Assembly (NCBI GenBank): GCA_035312605.1
Contig: DATGBR010000168.1
Coordinates: 1 to 55,528, forward strand
Source of the DNA: Candidatus Methylomirabilota bacterium
GTDB taxonomy: Bacteria; Methylomirabilota; Methylomirabilia; Rokubacteriales; CSP1-6
Direction: 5' to 3'
Length of the DNA: 55,528 bases
Shown: in pieces, positions 17,648 through 24,370 of the stretch
Layout: every line of letters starts with the position of its first letter
Position numbering within the stretch: position 1 is the stretch's first letter
Translations under genes and position numbers: made by a program
Notes under the pieces: generated by a model
Database searches by the model: none
The model's input: only the letters and a program-made list of their open reading frames with translations
Told to the model about the DNA's origin: nothing

Positions 17648-18103
17648 ATGACCAATCCCCATCCCCTGCAGGTGAACGAGCTGATGGCCGAGCTGACCGG
17701 ACGCACCGTCGAGGCATTCTCGCTGTGGGCCGACGCAAACCAGAAGGTTCTCCAGGAGCTCGTGGATCTTTCCGCCGGCACGGCACGGGAGGGGGCGCGC
17801 CTCTACGCCGAGATCCAGTCCTCCGCGCTCGAGGCGGTCAAGGAGGGGCAGGCCTACCTGCTCCGCCGGCAGCACGCGATGCAGGATGCGCCACGCGATC
17901 CGCTCGGGGCCTACCGGAAGGGTGCGCTGGAATCGGCGGAAAGCGCGCAGAAGACGTTCCGGCTCCTCGAGGGTACCGCACAGGCCATGACCCGGTCCGC
18001 GGAGCGGCTGCAGGTCACCGCCGAGCACGCCGGTCAGGAGATCCAAGCCACGGTCACGCAGCTCGCCGGCAAGGTGCAGTCGCTCTACACCCCGCTCGCC
18101 TGA
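17648..18103 (+). CDS. phasin family protein (paralog 2)
   Basis: ATG 17648 is preceded by AAGGAG. 151 aa and helical. Paralog of 5835..6266. Convergent with phaR. Confidence 0.65.
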   Translation: MTNPHPLQVNELMAELTGRTVEAFSLWADANQKVLQELVDLSAGTAREGARLYAEIQSSALEAVKEGQAYLLRRQHAMQDAPRDPLGAYRKGALESAESAQKTFRLLEGTAQAMTRSAERLQVTAEHAGQEIQATVTQLAGKVQSLYTPLA

Positions 18104-18131
18104 ATGATCTGACGGGGGCGGACGCAGGACC

Positions 18132-18165
18132 GACGCGGGCCGGGTCGCACGACCCGACTCGCGTC
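18132..18165. terminator. GC-rich nested hairpin between the convergent phasin and phaR genes
   Basis: Outer stem GACGCG/CGCGTC and inner stem CGGGTC/GACCCG around a 4-nt loop. It lies in a 63-nt convergent spacer. There is no U-tract, so intrinsic-terminator function is uncertain. Confidence 0.45.
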
Positions 18166-18166
18166 G

Positions 18167-18670
18167 CTACTTCTCGCGCTTCTTCTCGAGCCGCTCTTCG
18201 AGCGCGCGCAGCTGCTCGCGTAGCACCGAGACCTCCTCGCGGAGGACGTCGGCCTCGGCGGTGTCGGCGCGCTTCTCCGGCTTGACCGGTTCGGCGCCGG
18301 GCGATGCGACGCTCGGCCACCCGGCGCGGGAAGCCCAGTCCCGCAGCACGCGGTCGGCCTCGCGCTGACTCGTCATGAGCCCCTCGAGACTGGAGCGGAG
18401 CGACTTCTGCACGAAGTCCTGCCAGGCCTCTCCATGCTTGATGAGCTGGTGCAGGAACCCGGTGGGCAGCGTCGCGCGGTGGTTCCGTTCGTTCTCGAGG
18501 ATGATCTGCGCGAGGGTGACCGACGTGAGATCCTCGCCCGTCGAGACGTCCACGACCGAGATCTCGCGCCCGGCCCGGATCAGCTCCTCGAGCTCCTCCA
18601 GCGTGACGTAGCGGCTCTCCTGCGTATCGTAGAGCTTGCGATTGGAGTAGCGCTTGATGACGTACGCCAT
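18167..18670 (-). CDS. phaR: polyhydroxyalkanoate synthesis repressor PhaR
   Basis: MAYVIKRYSNRKLYDTQESRYVTLEELEELI is the conserved PhaR N-terminal DNA-binding region. Start at ATG 18670. Confidence 0.9.
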   Translation of the reverse strand: MAYVIKRYSNRKLYDTQESRYVTLEELEELIRAGREISVVDVSTGEDLTSVTLAQIILENERNHRATLPTGFLHQLIKHGEAWQDFVQKSLRSSLEGLMTSQREADRVLRDWASRAGWPSVASPGAEPVKPEKRADTAEADVLREEVSVLREQLRALEERLEKKREK

Positions 18671-18680
18671 GATCGGTGTC

Positions 18681-18709
18681 AGTCTAGCACCGCGGTCCAG
18701 CCCCGACAA
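18681..18709 (-). promoter_or_regulatory. sigma-70-type promoter of phaR (TTGTCG-N17-TAGACT), near-leaderless
   Basis: The minus strand reads ccTTGTCGgggctggaccgcggtgcTAGACTgacaccgatcATG. Only 10 nt separate the -10 from the ATG, and there is no SD. Confidence 0.5.
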
Positions 18710-18754
18710 GGTGAGCCGGCCGCGGCGACGGGCCGCGACGCCCGACGACGCTCG

Positions 18755-19324
18755 CTATTTCGTCCGCGGGCGCGCGGACGCGGCGGAGAGCGCGGAGAGA
18801 CCCAGCATGCCCACGATGGTGGCGCCCTGGGCCATCCACGCGAGCGGCTGAAGCGTCCAGAGCGCGAGCGCACCCATGGGCGCGGTCGATCGCGCGTAGT
18901 CGATCGGCGTCCGCGACGGCATCACCACCGCCTCGCCGGTCAGCACGTCCTCGGCCCGCTGGTTGGTGCACACGGTGCGCAGGCGAATCCGGTTTCTCTC
19001 CCGGTCGACGTCGATCACCTCGACGCGGGCCGAGATCGAATCGCCCGCCTTCACCGGCTTGAGGAACTTGAGGTCCTGGGAGAGGTAGATGGCGCCGGGC
19101 CCCGGCAGCCGCGTGCCGATCACCGCCGAGACGAGTCCGGCGGTCCAGATCCCGGGCGCGATCGGCTCCTTGAACACCGTCTCCGCCGCGTACGCCCGGT
19201 CCGAGTGCACCGGGTTGTAGTCGCCGACCGCGTCCACGAACGAGGCGATGTCGCCGTCGGTGACGCGGCGGGTGATCCGGGCGCTGTCGCCCACCGCGAT
19301 GGCGTCGATCGTCATGCCGATCAT
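18755..19324 (-). CDS. phaJ: MaoC-family (R)-specific enoyl-CoA hydratase (PhaJ-like) with a hydrophobic C-terminal extension
   Basis: The real part of track ORF 18755..19819 starts at ATG 19324, an ATGA overlap with the upstream stop. Hotdog motif GDYNPVHSD. 189 aa. Confidence 0.8.
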   Translation of the reverse strand: MIGMTIDAIAVGDSARITRRVTDGDIASFVDAVGDYNPVHSDRAYAAETVFKEPIAPGIWTAGLVSAVIGTRLPGPGAIYLSQDLKFLKPVKAGDSISARVEVIDVDRERNRIRLRTVCTNQRAEDVLTGEAVVMPSRTPIDYARSTAPMGALALWTLQPLAWMAQGATIVGMLGLSALSAASARPRTK

Positions 19325-19854
19325 GCGCGCTCCGGTCGCCCGGCGGCGTCGGTGGGCCGGCGGAGCGCGCGGTCCAGCTTGTCCTCGAGGGCGTCGATCT
19401 TCTCCTCGACCTGGGCCAGGTGGCGGGCCAGCGCCACGACCTGGGCGCGTGACGGCAGGCCGAGCCCGGCGAGCGAGGCGTCGATCTGCTGCTCGGCCGC
19501 CTTCTTGGCGGGGCCGGAGACATTGAGGAAGCCCTCGAGCTGCTTGCCCATCATCTGCGCGAAGGTGTCGGTGCCCATCGCCTGCTCCAGGACCCGGGAC
19601 CACGCCGCGATCCACTGGTCGAGGAACTGCTTCCACTGCGCCATCAGATCGGGCGACGGTGCGGTCCCCTGGGTCATCACCTTCGACCACGCGGCCATGC
19701 CCTGGTCCATGAAGGGCCGCCAGAAGGCCTGCGGATCCATCGGGGGTGTCCCGGCCGCCGGCCCCTGCCCCATCATCCGGAGCCAGGCCTGCGTGCCGTC
19801 CTCGACCTGGCGCTTCCACATGTCGAGCAGCTGCTGGCTGGTGTTGTCGGCCAT
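19321..19854 (-). CDS. phaE: PHA synthase second subunit (PhaE / class IV PhaR-type)
   Basis: 177 aa, immediately downstream of phaC (22-nt gap, GGGGAAGGA SD). Trp-rich N-terminal repeats. The C-terminal LPSRAQVVALARHLAQVEEKIDALEDKLD resembles the conserved PTxxE/D...LE box of PhaE/PhaR synthase subunits. Confidence 0.65.
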   Translation of the reverse strand: MADNTSQQLLDMWKRQVEDGTQAWLRMMGQGPAAGTPPMDPQAFWRPFMDQGMAAWSKVMTQGTAPSPDLMAQWKQFLDQWIAAWSRVLEQAMGTDTFAQMMGKQLEGFLNVSGPAKKAAEQQIDASLAGLGLPSRAQVVALARHLAQVEEKIDALEDKLDRALRRPTDAAGRPERA

Positions 19855-19876
19855 GACGTCCTTCCCCGGCCCGCGG

Positions 19877-20977
19877 CTAGGACCGCGCGGCCAGCCAGGA
19901 CGCCACCTTCGGCCAGCAATGCACCGAGGCGCTGCGTCCGGCGATCAGCGAGATGTGTCCTCCCGGCAGCTCCACGTACTCCTTGTCGCGCGTGCTCACG
20001 ACGTCGATGAGCGGCTTCACGCAGGCGGGGGGCGCGATGTTGTCTTCCTTGGCCCCCATCGCGAGCACCGGGCAGCGGATCTCGCGCAGGTCCACCCGGC
20101 GACCCGCCATCATGAGCTGGCCCTTGATGAGCTGGTTCTGCTGGTAGAAATCCTTGACCCAGTGACGGAAGAACTCCCCCGGGAACGGCAGGTACTCGTT
20201 GGCCCACTTGTTGAGCGCGTTGAAACCGGCCACGTAGTCGGGGTTCCAGAGGTTCCACCAGAGGTTCAGATTGGTGTTGAGGTCCATGGTGGGCTTGAGG
20301 AGCTTGAAGCCCATCTTGACCATCTCGGCCGGGATGCTCCCCAGGGTGTCGACGTACTTGTCCACGTCGAAGACCCGCGGGTCGAGCCACTTGCCGAACA
20401 GCCCCACGTGGGCGAAGTCGATGGGGCCCGCCATGTCGACGTAGTTCTTGAGCGGGAACTCCGGATGGGTCGCCACGAAGCTCGCGGAGAGCGGGGCGCC
20501 CATGCAGTAGCCCAGCACCGACATCTCGGAGGCCCCGGAGGCCTCGAGGGCCTTGGCGGCGAGCCGCGGGAGGATCTTGGTGACCGCGTCCTCGACGGTG
20601 AGGCCGTTGTCTTCCTCGCCGAACACGCCCCAGTCCACCAGGAAGAAGTCGAAGCCCTGCCCGGTCATGTACTCGATGAACGAGCCCTTGGGCATGAGAT
20701 CGAAGATGTAGGGCCGGCTGATCCCGAGATTGGGCACGAAGAGGAGGGGGGTGCGCACCGTGCGCTTCGACTCGTACCGCCAGAGGCGCGACTTGTTGGT
20801 GCGGTAGATCAGCTGCCGCGGGGTGGGCCCAACCTCGGGCTCCTTGGGGTTCATCACCATCTCGCTCCAGTGCTTCATGCGGAGGAGATTACGGCTGGCC
20901 TCCTCCCGCATCCGCGCCAGCACCTCCGGCGACATCGCCGGCATCTCTCCCATCATCGTGAAGAGCTCGTCTTTCAT
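19877..20977 (-). CDS. phaC: class III/IV poly(R)-hydroxyalkanoate synthase catalytic subunit PhaC
   Basis: Lipase box GYCMGA with the catalytic Cys. FFRHWVKDFYQQNQL parallels FRQFIKDFYQNN of class III synthases. C-terminal GGHISL. ATG 20977 is preferred; the track extension to 21019 uses AGG/ATA/GGA/TGT codons. Confidence 0.9.
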   Translation of the reverse strand: MKDELFTMMGEMPAMSPEVLARMREEASRNLLRMKHWSEMVMNPKEPEVGPTPRQLIYRTNKSRLWRYESKRTVRTPLLFVPNLGISRPYIFDLMPKGSFIEYMTGQGFDFFLVDWGVFGEEDNGLTVEDAVTKILPRLAAKALEASGASEMSVLGYCMGAPLSASFVATHPEFPLKNYVDMAGPIDFAHVGLFGKWLDPRVFDVDKYVDTLGSIPAEMVKMGFKLLKPTMDLNTNLNLWWNLWNPDYVAGFNALNKWANEYLPFPGEFFRHWVKDFYQQNQLIKGQLMMAGRRVDLREIRCPVLAMGAKEDNIAPPACVKPLIDVVSTRDKEYVELPGGHISLIAGRSASVHCWPKVASWLAARS

Positions 20978-21085
20978 GGCTCCTATCCTACACCCGGCGT
21001 GACGCTTCGCGTCAGTCATCTCCGCCGCGCCCCGACCCCGCCCTCGCGGGGCAGCGGGGCCGGGCGGACGCGGCCACGAGACGGG

Positions 21086-21406
21086 CTAGACCTGGAAGAG
21101 GCTCCCCACCTTCATGGCGAGGCCCATGTCGCCCTTCAGCTTGAGCTTGCCCGACATGAAGGCCATCTGCCCGGAGAGCTTGCCGCCGGTCATGTCGAGC
21201 CAGTCCTGCGACGACATGGTGAGGGTGAGGTTCGGGCTGGTCGCGGCGCCCTGGGTCACGTTGCAGGCGCCGTCCTTGATGACCGCGTTCCAGGTCCCGC
21301 CCTGATCCCCCGTGATGTCGTACTGGATGGTGGCGTTCACCCCCGCGGCCTTGTCGGCGCGGAACCGGGATGCCATGTTGTCGAAGGTCTCCTTCACTGT
21401 CGGCAT
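21086..21406 (-). CDS. SCP2 sterol/lipid-binding domain protein
   Basis: ATG 21406 with AAGGAG SD. 106 aa. The pattern IQYDITGDQGGTWNAVIKDG...MSSQDWLDMTGGKLSGQMAFMSGKLKLKGDMGLAMKV is a textbook SCP2 fold signature. Confidence 0.85.
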   Translation of the reverse strand: MPTVKETFDNMASRFRADKAAGVNATIQYDITGDQGGTWNAVIKDGACNVTQGAATSPNLTLTMSSQDWLDMTGGKLSGQMAFMSGKLKLKGDMGLAMKVGSLFQV

Positions 21407-21438
21407 GACCGATGCTCCTTTCCGGTGTCGATCGTGTC

Positions 21439-22188
21439 CTAGAACGTGAAGAGGTCCATGCCCCCGGTGACGGTGAGCACGGCCCCCGTGATGTAGCGCG
21501 CGCGCTCCGAGCAGAGAAACGCGATCGCGCTCGCGATGTCTTCGGGCTGTCCTTCCCGCTGCATGGCCACCCGCTTGACCATGCGCTCGTACAGTGGCGA
21601 CATGTTCGCATTCGGCCCCACGATGCCGGGAGCGATCACGTTCGAGGTCACATTGTACCGCGCCCCCTCGAGCGCCACCGACTTGGCAAAGCCGATCACC
21701 CCCATCTTGCTCGTCGAGTACGCGGTCTGCCCGAAGCCGCCCATCAGCCCGGCGATCGAGGCCATGCAGATCACGCGTCCCCAGCGGCGCTCGCGCATGC
21801 CCGGGAACACCAGCTTCGTGACGTTGTAGGTGCCGGTCAGGTTGATGCGCAGGTTCAGGTCCCAGTCGTCGTCCGCGGTGTCCTTGAGCTGACCCATCGT
21901 GTAGATCCACCCCGCGTTGTTGACGCAGATGTCGACGGGCCCGACTTCCTGCTCGGCGCGCCTGATCACCTCGGCCAGGACCGCGCGGTCGGTGATGTCG
22001 GCCGCGTAGCCCCGCGCGGTGCCGCCCCCGTCGGCGATCTCCTTCGCGGTCTCCTCCGCGCCCTCCGCGTTGAGATCCAGCACGATCACCCGACAGCCTT
22101 CCGCCGCGAGGGTGAGGGCGTCCTGCTTGCCGAGGCTCCGGGCGCCGCCGGTCACCAGCGCGGTCTTGCCCGTAAGGCCCAGGTCCAC
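21439..22188 (-). CDS. SDR family 3-oxoacyl/3-hydroxyacyl-CoA reductase-dehydrogenase (FabG/PhaB-like)
   Basis: TGGARSLG, NNAG and the YSTSK catalytic motif. 249 aa. Confidence 0.85.
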   Translation of the reverse strand: MDLGLTGKTALVTGGARSLGKQDALTLAAEGCRVIVLDLNAEGAEETAKEIADGGGTARGYAADITDRAVLAEVIRRAEQEVGPVDICVNNAGWIYTMGQLKDTADDDWDLNLRINLTGTYNVTKLVFPGMRERRWGRVICMASIAGLMGGFGQTAYSTSKMGVIGFAKSVALEGARYNVTSNVIAPGIVGPNANMSPLYERMVKRVAMQREGQPEDIASAIAFLCSERARYITGAVLTVTGGMDLFTF

Positions 22189-22200
22189 TTAGGAATCCAC

Positions 22201-22974
22201 CTAGCGGCCCTTGAAATCGGCGGGCCGCTTCTGGAAGAAGGCCTGGATGCCCTCGCCCGCGTCCTCGGTGCGGAGCGACTGGAGAAAGGCCCGCACCTCG
22301 ACCTCGATGGCCTGGTCGATGGGAGCGTGGATGCCATCGTCCACCGCCTCGATGATGAGGCGCGTGGCGATCGGCGGGCGCTTGGCCAGCTCGCGGGCGA
22401 GCGCGCGCGCGTCGTTGAGGGTCTCGCCCTCCTTCGACAGCCGGTTGACGAGCCCGGTGCGGTAGCACTCCTGCGCGGGCACCTGGGTCCCGAGGATCAG
22501 GTGCTCGAGGGCGCGCCCCCGCCCCATGAGGCGCGGGTAGCGCTGGGTGCCGCCGAAGCCCGGGATGATGCCGAGGTTGGACTCGGTCTGCCCCATCCGC
22601 GCGCCCTCCTTCAGGATGCGGATGTGGCAGCCCATCGCGATCTCGCACCCGCCCCCCAGCGCGTGCCCGTTGATCGCGGCTACCACCGGCTTGGGGAAAC
22701 GCTCGATGCGCCGCACCACGCCGTTGCCGAAGCGGATGAAGGTGGCCACGTCCGATCCCTGGAAAGCCGAGCCGAGATCGGCGCCCGCGCAGAAGATCTT
22801 GTCGCCCGCGCCGGTGATGATCACCGCGCGCACCGCGTCGTCCGACTCGAGCTCGGAGAGCGCCGCGTTCAGCTCCCGCATGAGCGTCTCGCTGATGGCG
22901 TTCGCGGGCGGCCGGTTGAGGGTGACGATCGCGAAGCGCTCCTCGCGGGTCAGGATGAGGGTCTCGTAGGCCAT
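22201..22974 (-). CDS. enoyl-CoA hydratase/isomerase (crotonase)
   Basis: FCAGADL oxyanion motif, GGGCEIAM and C-terminal EGIQAFFQKRPADFKGR. 257 aa. Confidence 0.9.
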   Translation of the reverse strand: MAYETLILTREERFAIVTLNRPPANAISETLMRELNAALSELESDDAVRAVIITGAGDKIFCAGADLGSAFQGSDVATFIRFGNGVVRRIERFPKPVVAAINGHALGGGCEIAMGCHIRILKEGARMGQTESNLGIIPGFGGTQRYPRLMGRGRALEHLILGTQVPAQECYRTGLVNRLSKEGETLNDARALARELAKRPPIATRLIIEAVDDGIHAPIDQAIEVEVRAFLQSLRTEDAGEGIQAFFQKRPADFKGR

Positions 22975-22999
22975 CGGGTAACTCCTCCGTGCGTGAAGG

Positions 23000-23584
23000 C
23001 TAGGGGCGGGCGGCCACGCCCTGCAGGAACAGGTCCGCCACCGCCGGCGCGGTATCCACGAGCCGGTAGCCGCGCTTGCCCAGGACCCACGACGTCGCCA
23101 TCTGGTCCATCGCGCCGAAGAGCACCTTGGTGGCCACCTTCACCGGCAGGTCGGCCTTGAAGTGCCCCTGGCCGACGCCCTCCTCGAGGACGGAGCCGAT
23201 CAGGGCGAAGTACGCCGCGACCTCCTGGCTCGACGCGCCCCGGAAGAACTTCTGACCCTGGCGCAGCTCGACCTGCACGACCTCGGCCAGGTCGGGATCC
23301 TTCTCCAGCATCTGGAAGTGAAGCTGGACGAGCCGGCGCACCTTGGCCACCGCGTCCGGCTCGCCGCTGATGGCCCGCCGCAGAGACGCCTCGAACGCGG
23401 CCATCTTCTCGCGGAACAGCGTGATGAGGATGTCTTCCTTCGTCTTGAAGTAGAGGTAGATCGTGCCGGCGGCGATGCCCGCCTCGCGCGCGATGTCCGA
23501 CACCCGCGAGTTGAAGTAGCCCTGCCGCGCGAAGACCCGAACCGCGGCCTCGATGATCTGCTGGGGCTTGTCTGGATCGCGCAT
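23000..23584 (-). CDS. TetR/AcrR family transcriptional regulator (fatty-acid/PHA operon regulator)
   Basis: N-terminal HTH IIEAAVRVFARQGYFNSRVSDIAREAGIAAGTIYLYFKTKEDIL. Start set to ATG 23584 because ATG 23608 lies inside the predicted -10 element and operator. Confidence 0.85.
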   Translation of the reverse strand: MRDPDKPQQIIEAAVRVFARQGYFNSRVSDIAREAGIAAGTIYLYFKTKEDILITLFREKMAAFEASLRRAISGEPDAVAKVRRLVQLHFQMLEKDPDLAEVVQVELRQGQKFFRGASSQEVAAYFALIGSVLEEGVGQGHFKADLPVKVATKVLFGAMDQMATSWVLGKRGYRLVDTAPAVADLFLQGVAARP

Positions 23585-23592
23585 GGGAAGAG

Positions 23593-23608
23593 ATGAACCG
23601 CGGTTCAT
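23593..23608. promoter_or_regulatory. perfect 16-bp palindrome ATGAACCGCGGTTCAT, candidate TetR operator
   Basis: Overlaps the last 2 nt of the -10 hexamer and the predicted transcription start, 9 nt upstream of the TetR start codon. Confidence 0.55.
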
Positions 23609-23636
23609 TCTATGCGGCGCTCCCGGGGGCTGTCAA
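23607..23636 (-). promoter_or_regulatory. sigma-70-type promoter of the TetR-PHA operon (TTGACA-N18-TAGAAT)
   Basis: The minus strand reads ccgtTTGACAgcccccgggagcgccgcaTAGAATgaacc. The -35 hexamer matches consensus and contains the PilZ stop codon. Confidence 0.65.
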
Positions 23637-24274
23637 ACGGAAGTCGGTCGCGAGCCGCGTGACTGGCAGCTCGCGATGTACTCCTGCAGCCGCGTGAATT
23701 CTCGGGAATCGAGGTTGGCGAAGACGAGCACCGCGCCGCCCTCGTACGCCTCCCATACCACCGCGGGCAGCCGCAGGCGATCGAGCCCCGGCCGGGCCGG
23801 CAGCTCGATCACCACCACGTCGCCATCTACCAGGGGCTGATCGGTCCGCACGCGGCCGCCCGAGGCGCTCAGGTCGACGGTGTGCCCGCTCGCGGTTCCC
23901 GCGGATCCGCCCTCGACCCGGATCGGCAGGCTCACCGGCACCCGCGGGAAGCGCCGCCGCATGTCGCTGCGCGAGACGAACGGGGTCACCCGCCCCGCCG
24001 GCGAGTCCGACATCTTGAGGAACGCGACGCCGATGCTCTCGCGGTCGCGACGCACCACCGTGCCGACCATCTCGAGCCGTCCCGCGTCGCCGGGCAGCGT
24101 GACCCGCACCGTCACGATGCTGTTCGCCGCCGCCTCGGTGTCCGACCGCACCTTCATCCCGGAGAGACTCAGGTTCACGACCTCGCCGGACACCACGCGC
24201 CCGTCGCTCGATTCCACCGTGGCCGGCCACGCCGCCGCCGCCCTCGGGAACGACCGCCGATCGTGACCGCTCAT
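23633..24274 (-). CDS. tandem PilZ domain protein (putative c-di-GMP receptor)
   Basis: Two copies of the PilZ signature: RRSFPR...NLSLSG and RRRFPR...DLSASGG. The start is uncertain (ATG 24274, GTG 24277 or TTG 24310). Confidence 0.8.
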   Translation of the reverse strand: MSGHDRRSFPRAAAAWPATVESSDGRVVSGEVVNLSLSGMKVRSDTEAAANSIVTVRVTLPGDAGRLEMVGTVVRRDRESIGVAFLKMSDSPAGRVTPFVSRSDMRRRFPRVPVSLPIRVEGGSAGTASGHTVDLSASGGRVRTDQPLVDGDVVVIELPARPGLDRLRLPAVVWEAYEGGAVLVFANLDSREFTRLQEYIASCQSRGSRPTSV

Positions 24275-24333
24275 CACTCGACCCTGACGTGTCGGAGGCC
24301 TTCCTGTCAACTCCTGCGGTCGAGCGGCTCGCC

Positions 24334-24362
24334 TTGACGCCTCGGAGCCCCGCGCGTACGAT
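24334..24362 (+). promoter_or_regulatory. sigma-70-type promoter of the LLM oxidoreductase gene (TTGACG-N17-TACGAT), leaderless
   Basis: 8 nt between the -10 hexamer and ATG 24371. No SD. Confidence 0.5.
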
Positions 24363-24370
24363 GCCGCACC

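Noticed and set aside
20978-21019. The longer PhaC start at 21019.
   Set aside because: The extension contains AGG, ATA, GGA, TGT and ACT codons. The class III synthase alignment begins near the downstream Met, and AGGAG precedes ATG 20977. The SD spacing is short, so the call is not certain.
23585-23608. The longer TetR start (ATG 23608, MNRGSSLP...).
   Set aside because: This ATG is the outer half of the 16-bp palindrome and overlaps the predicted -10 hexamer, so it would lie upstream of the transcription start.
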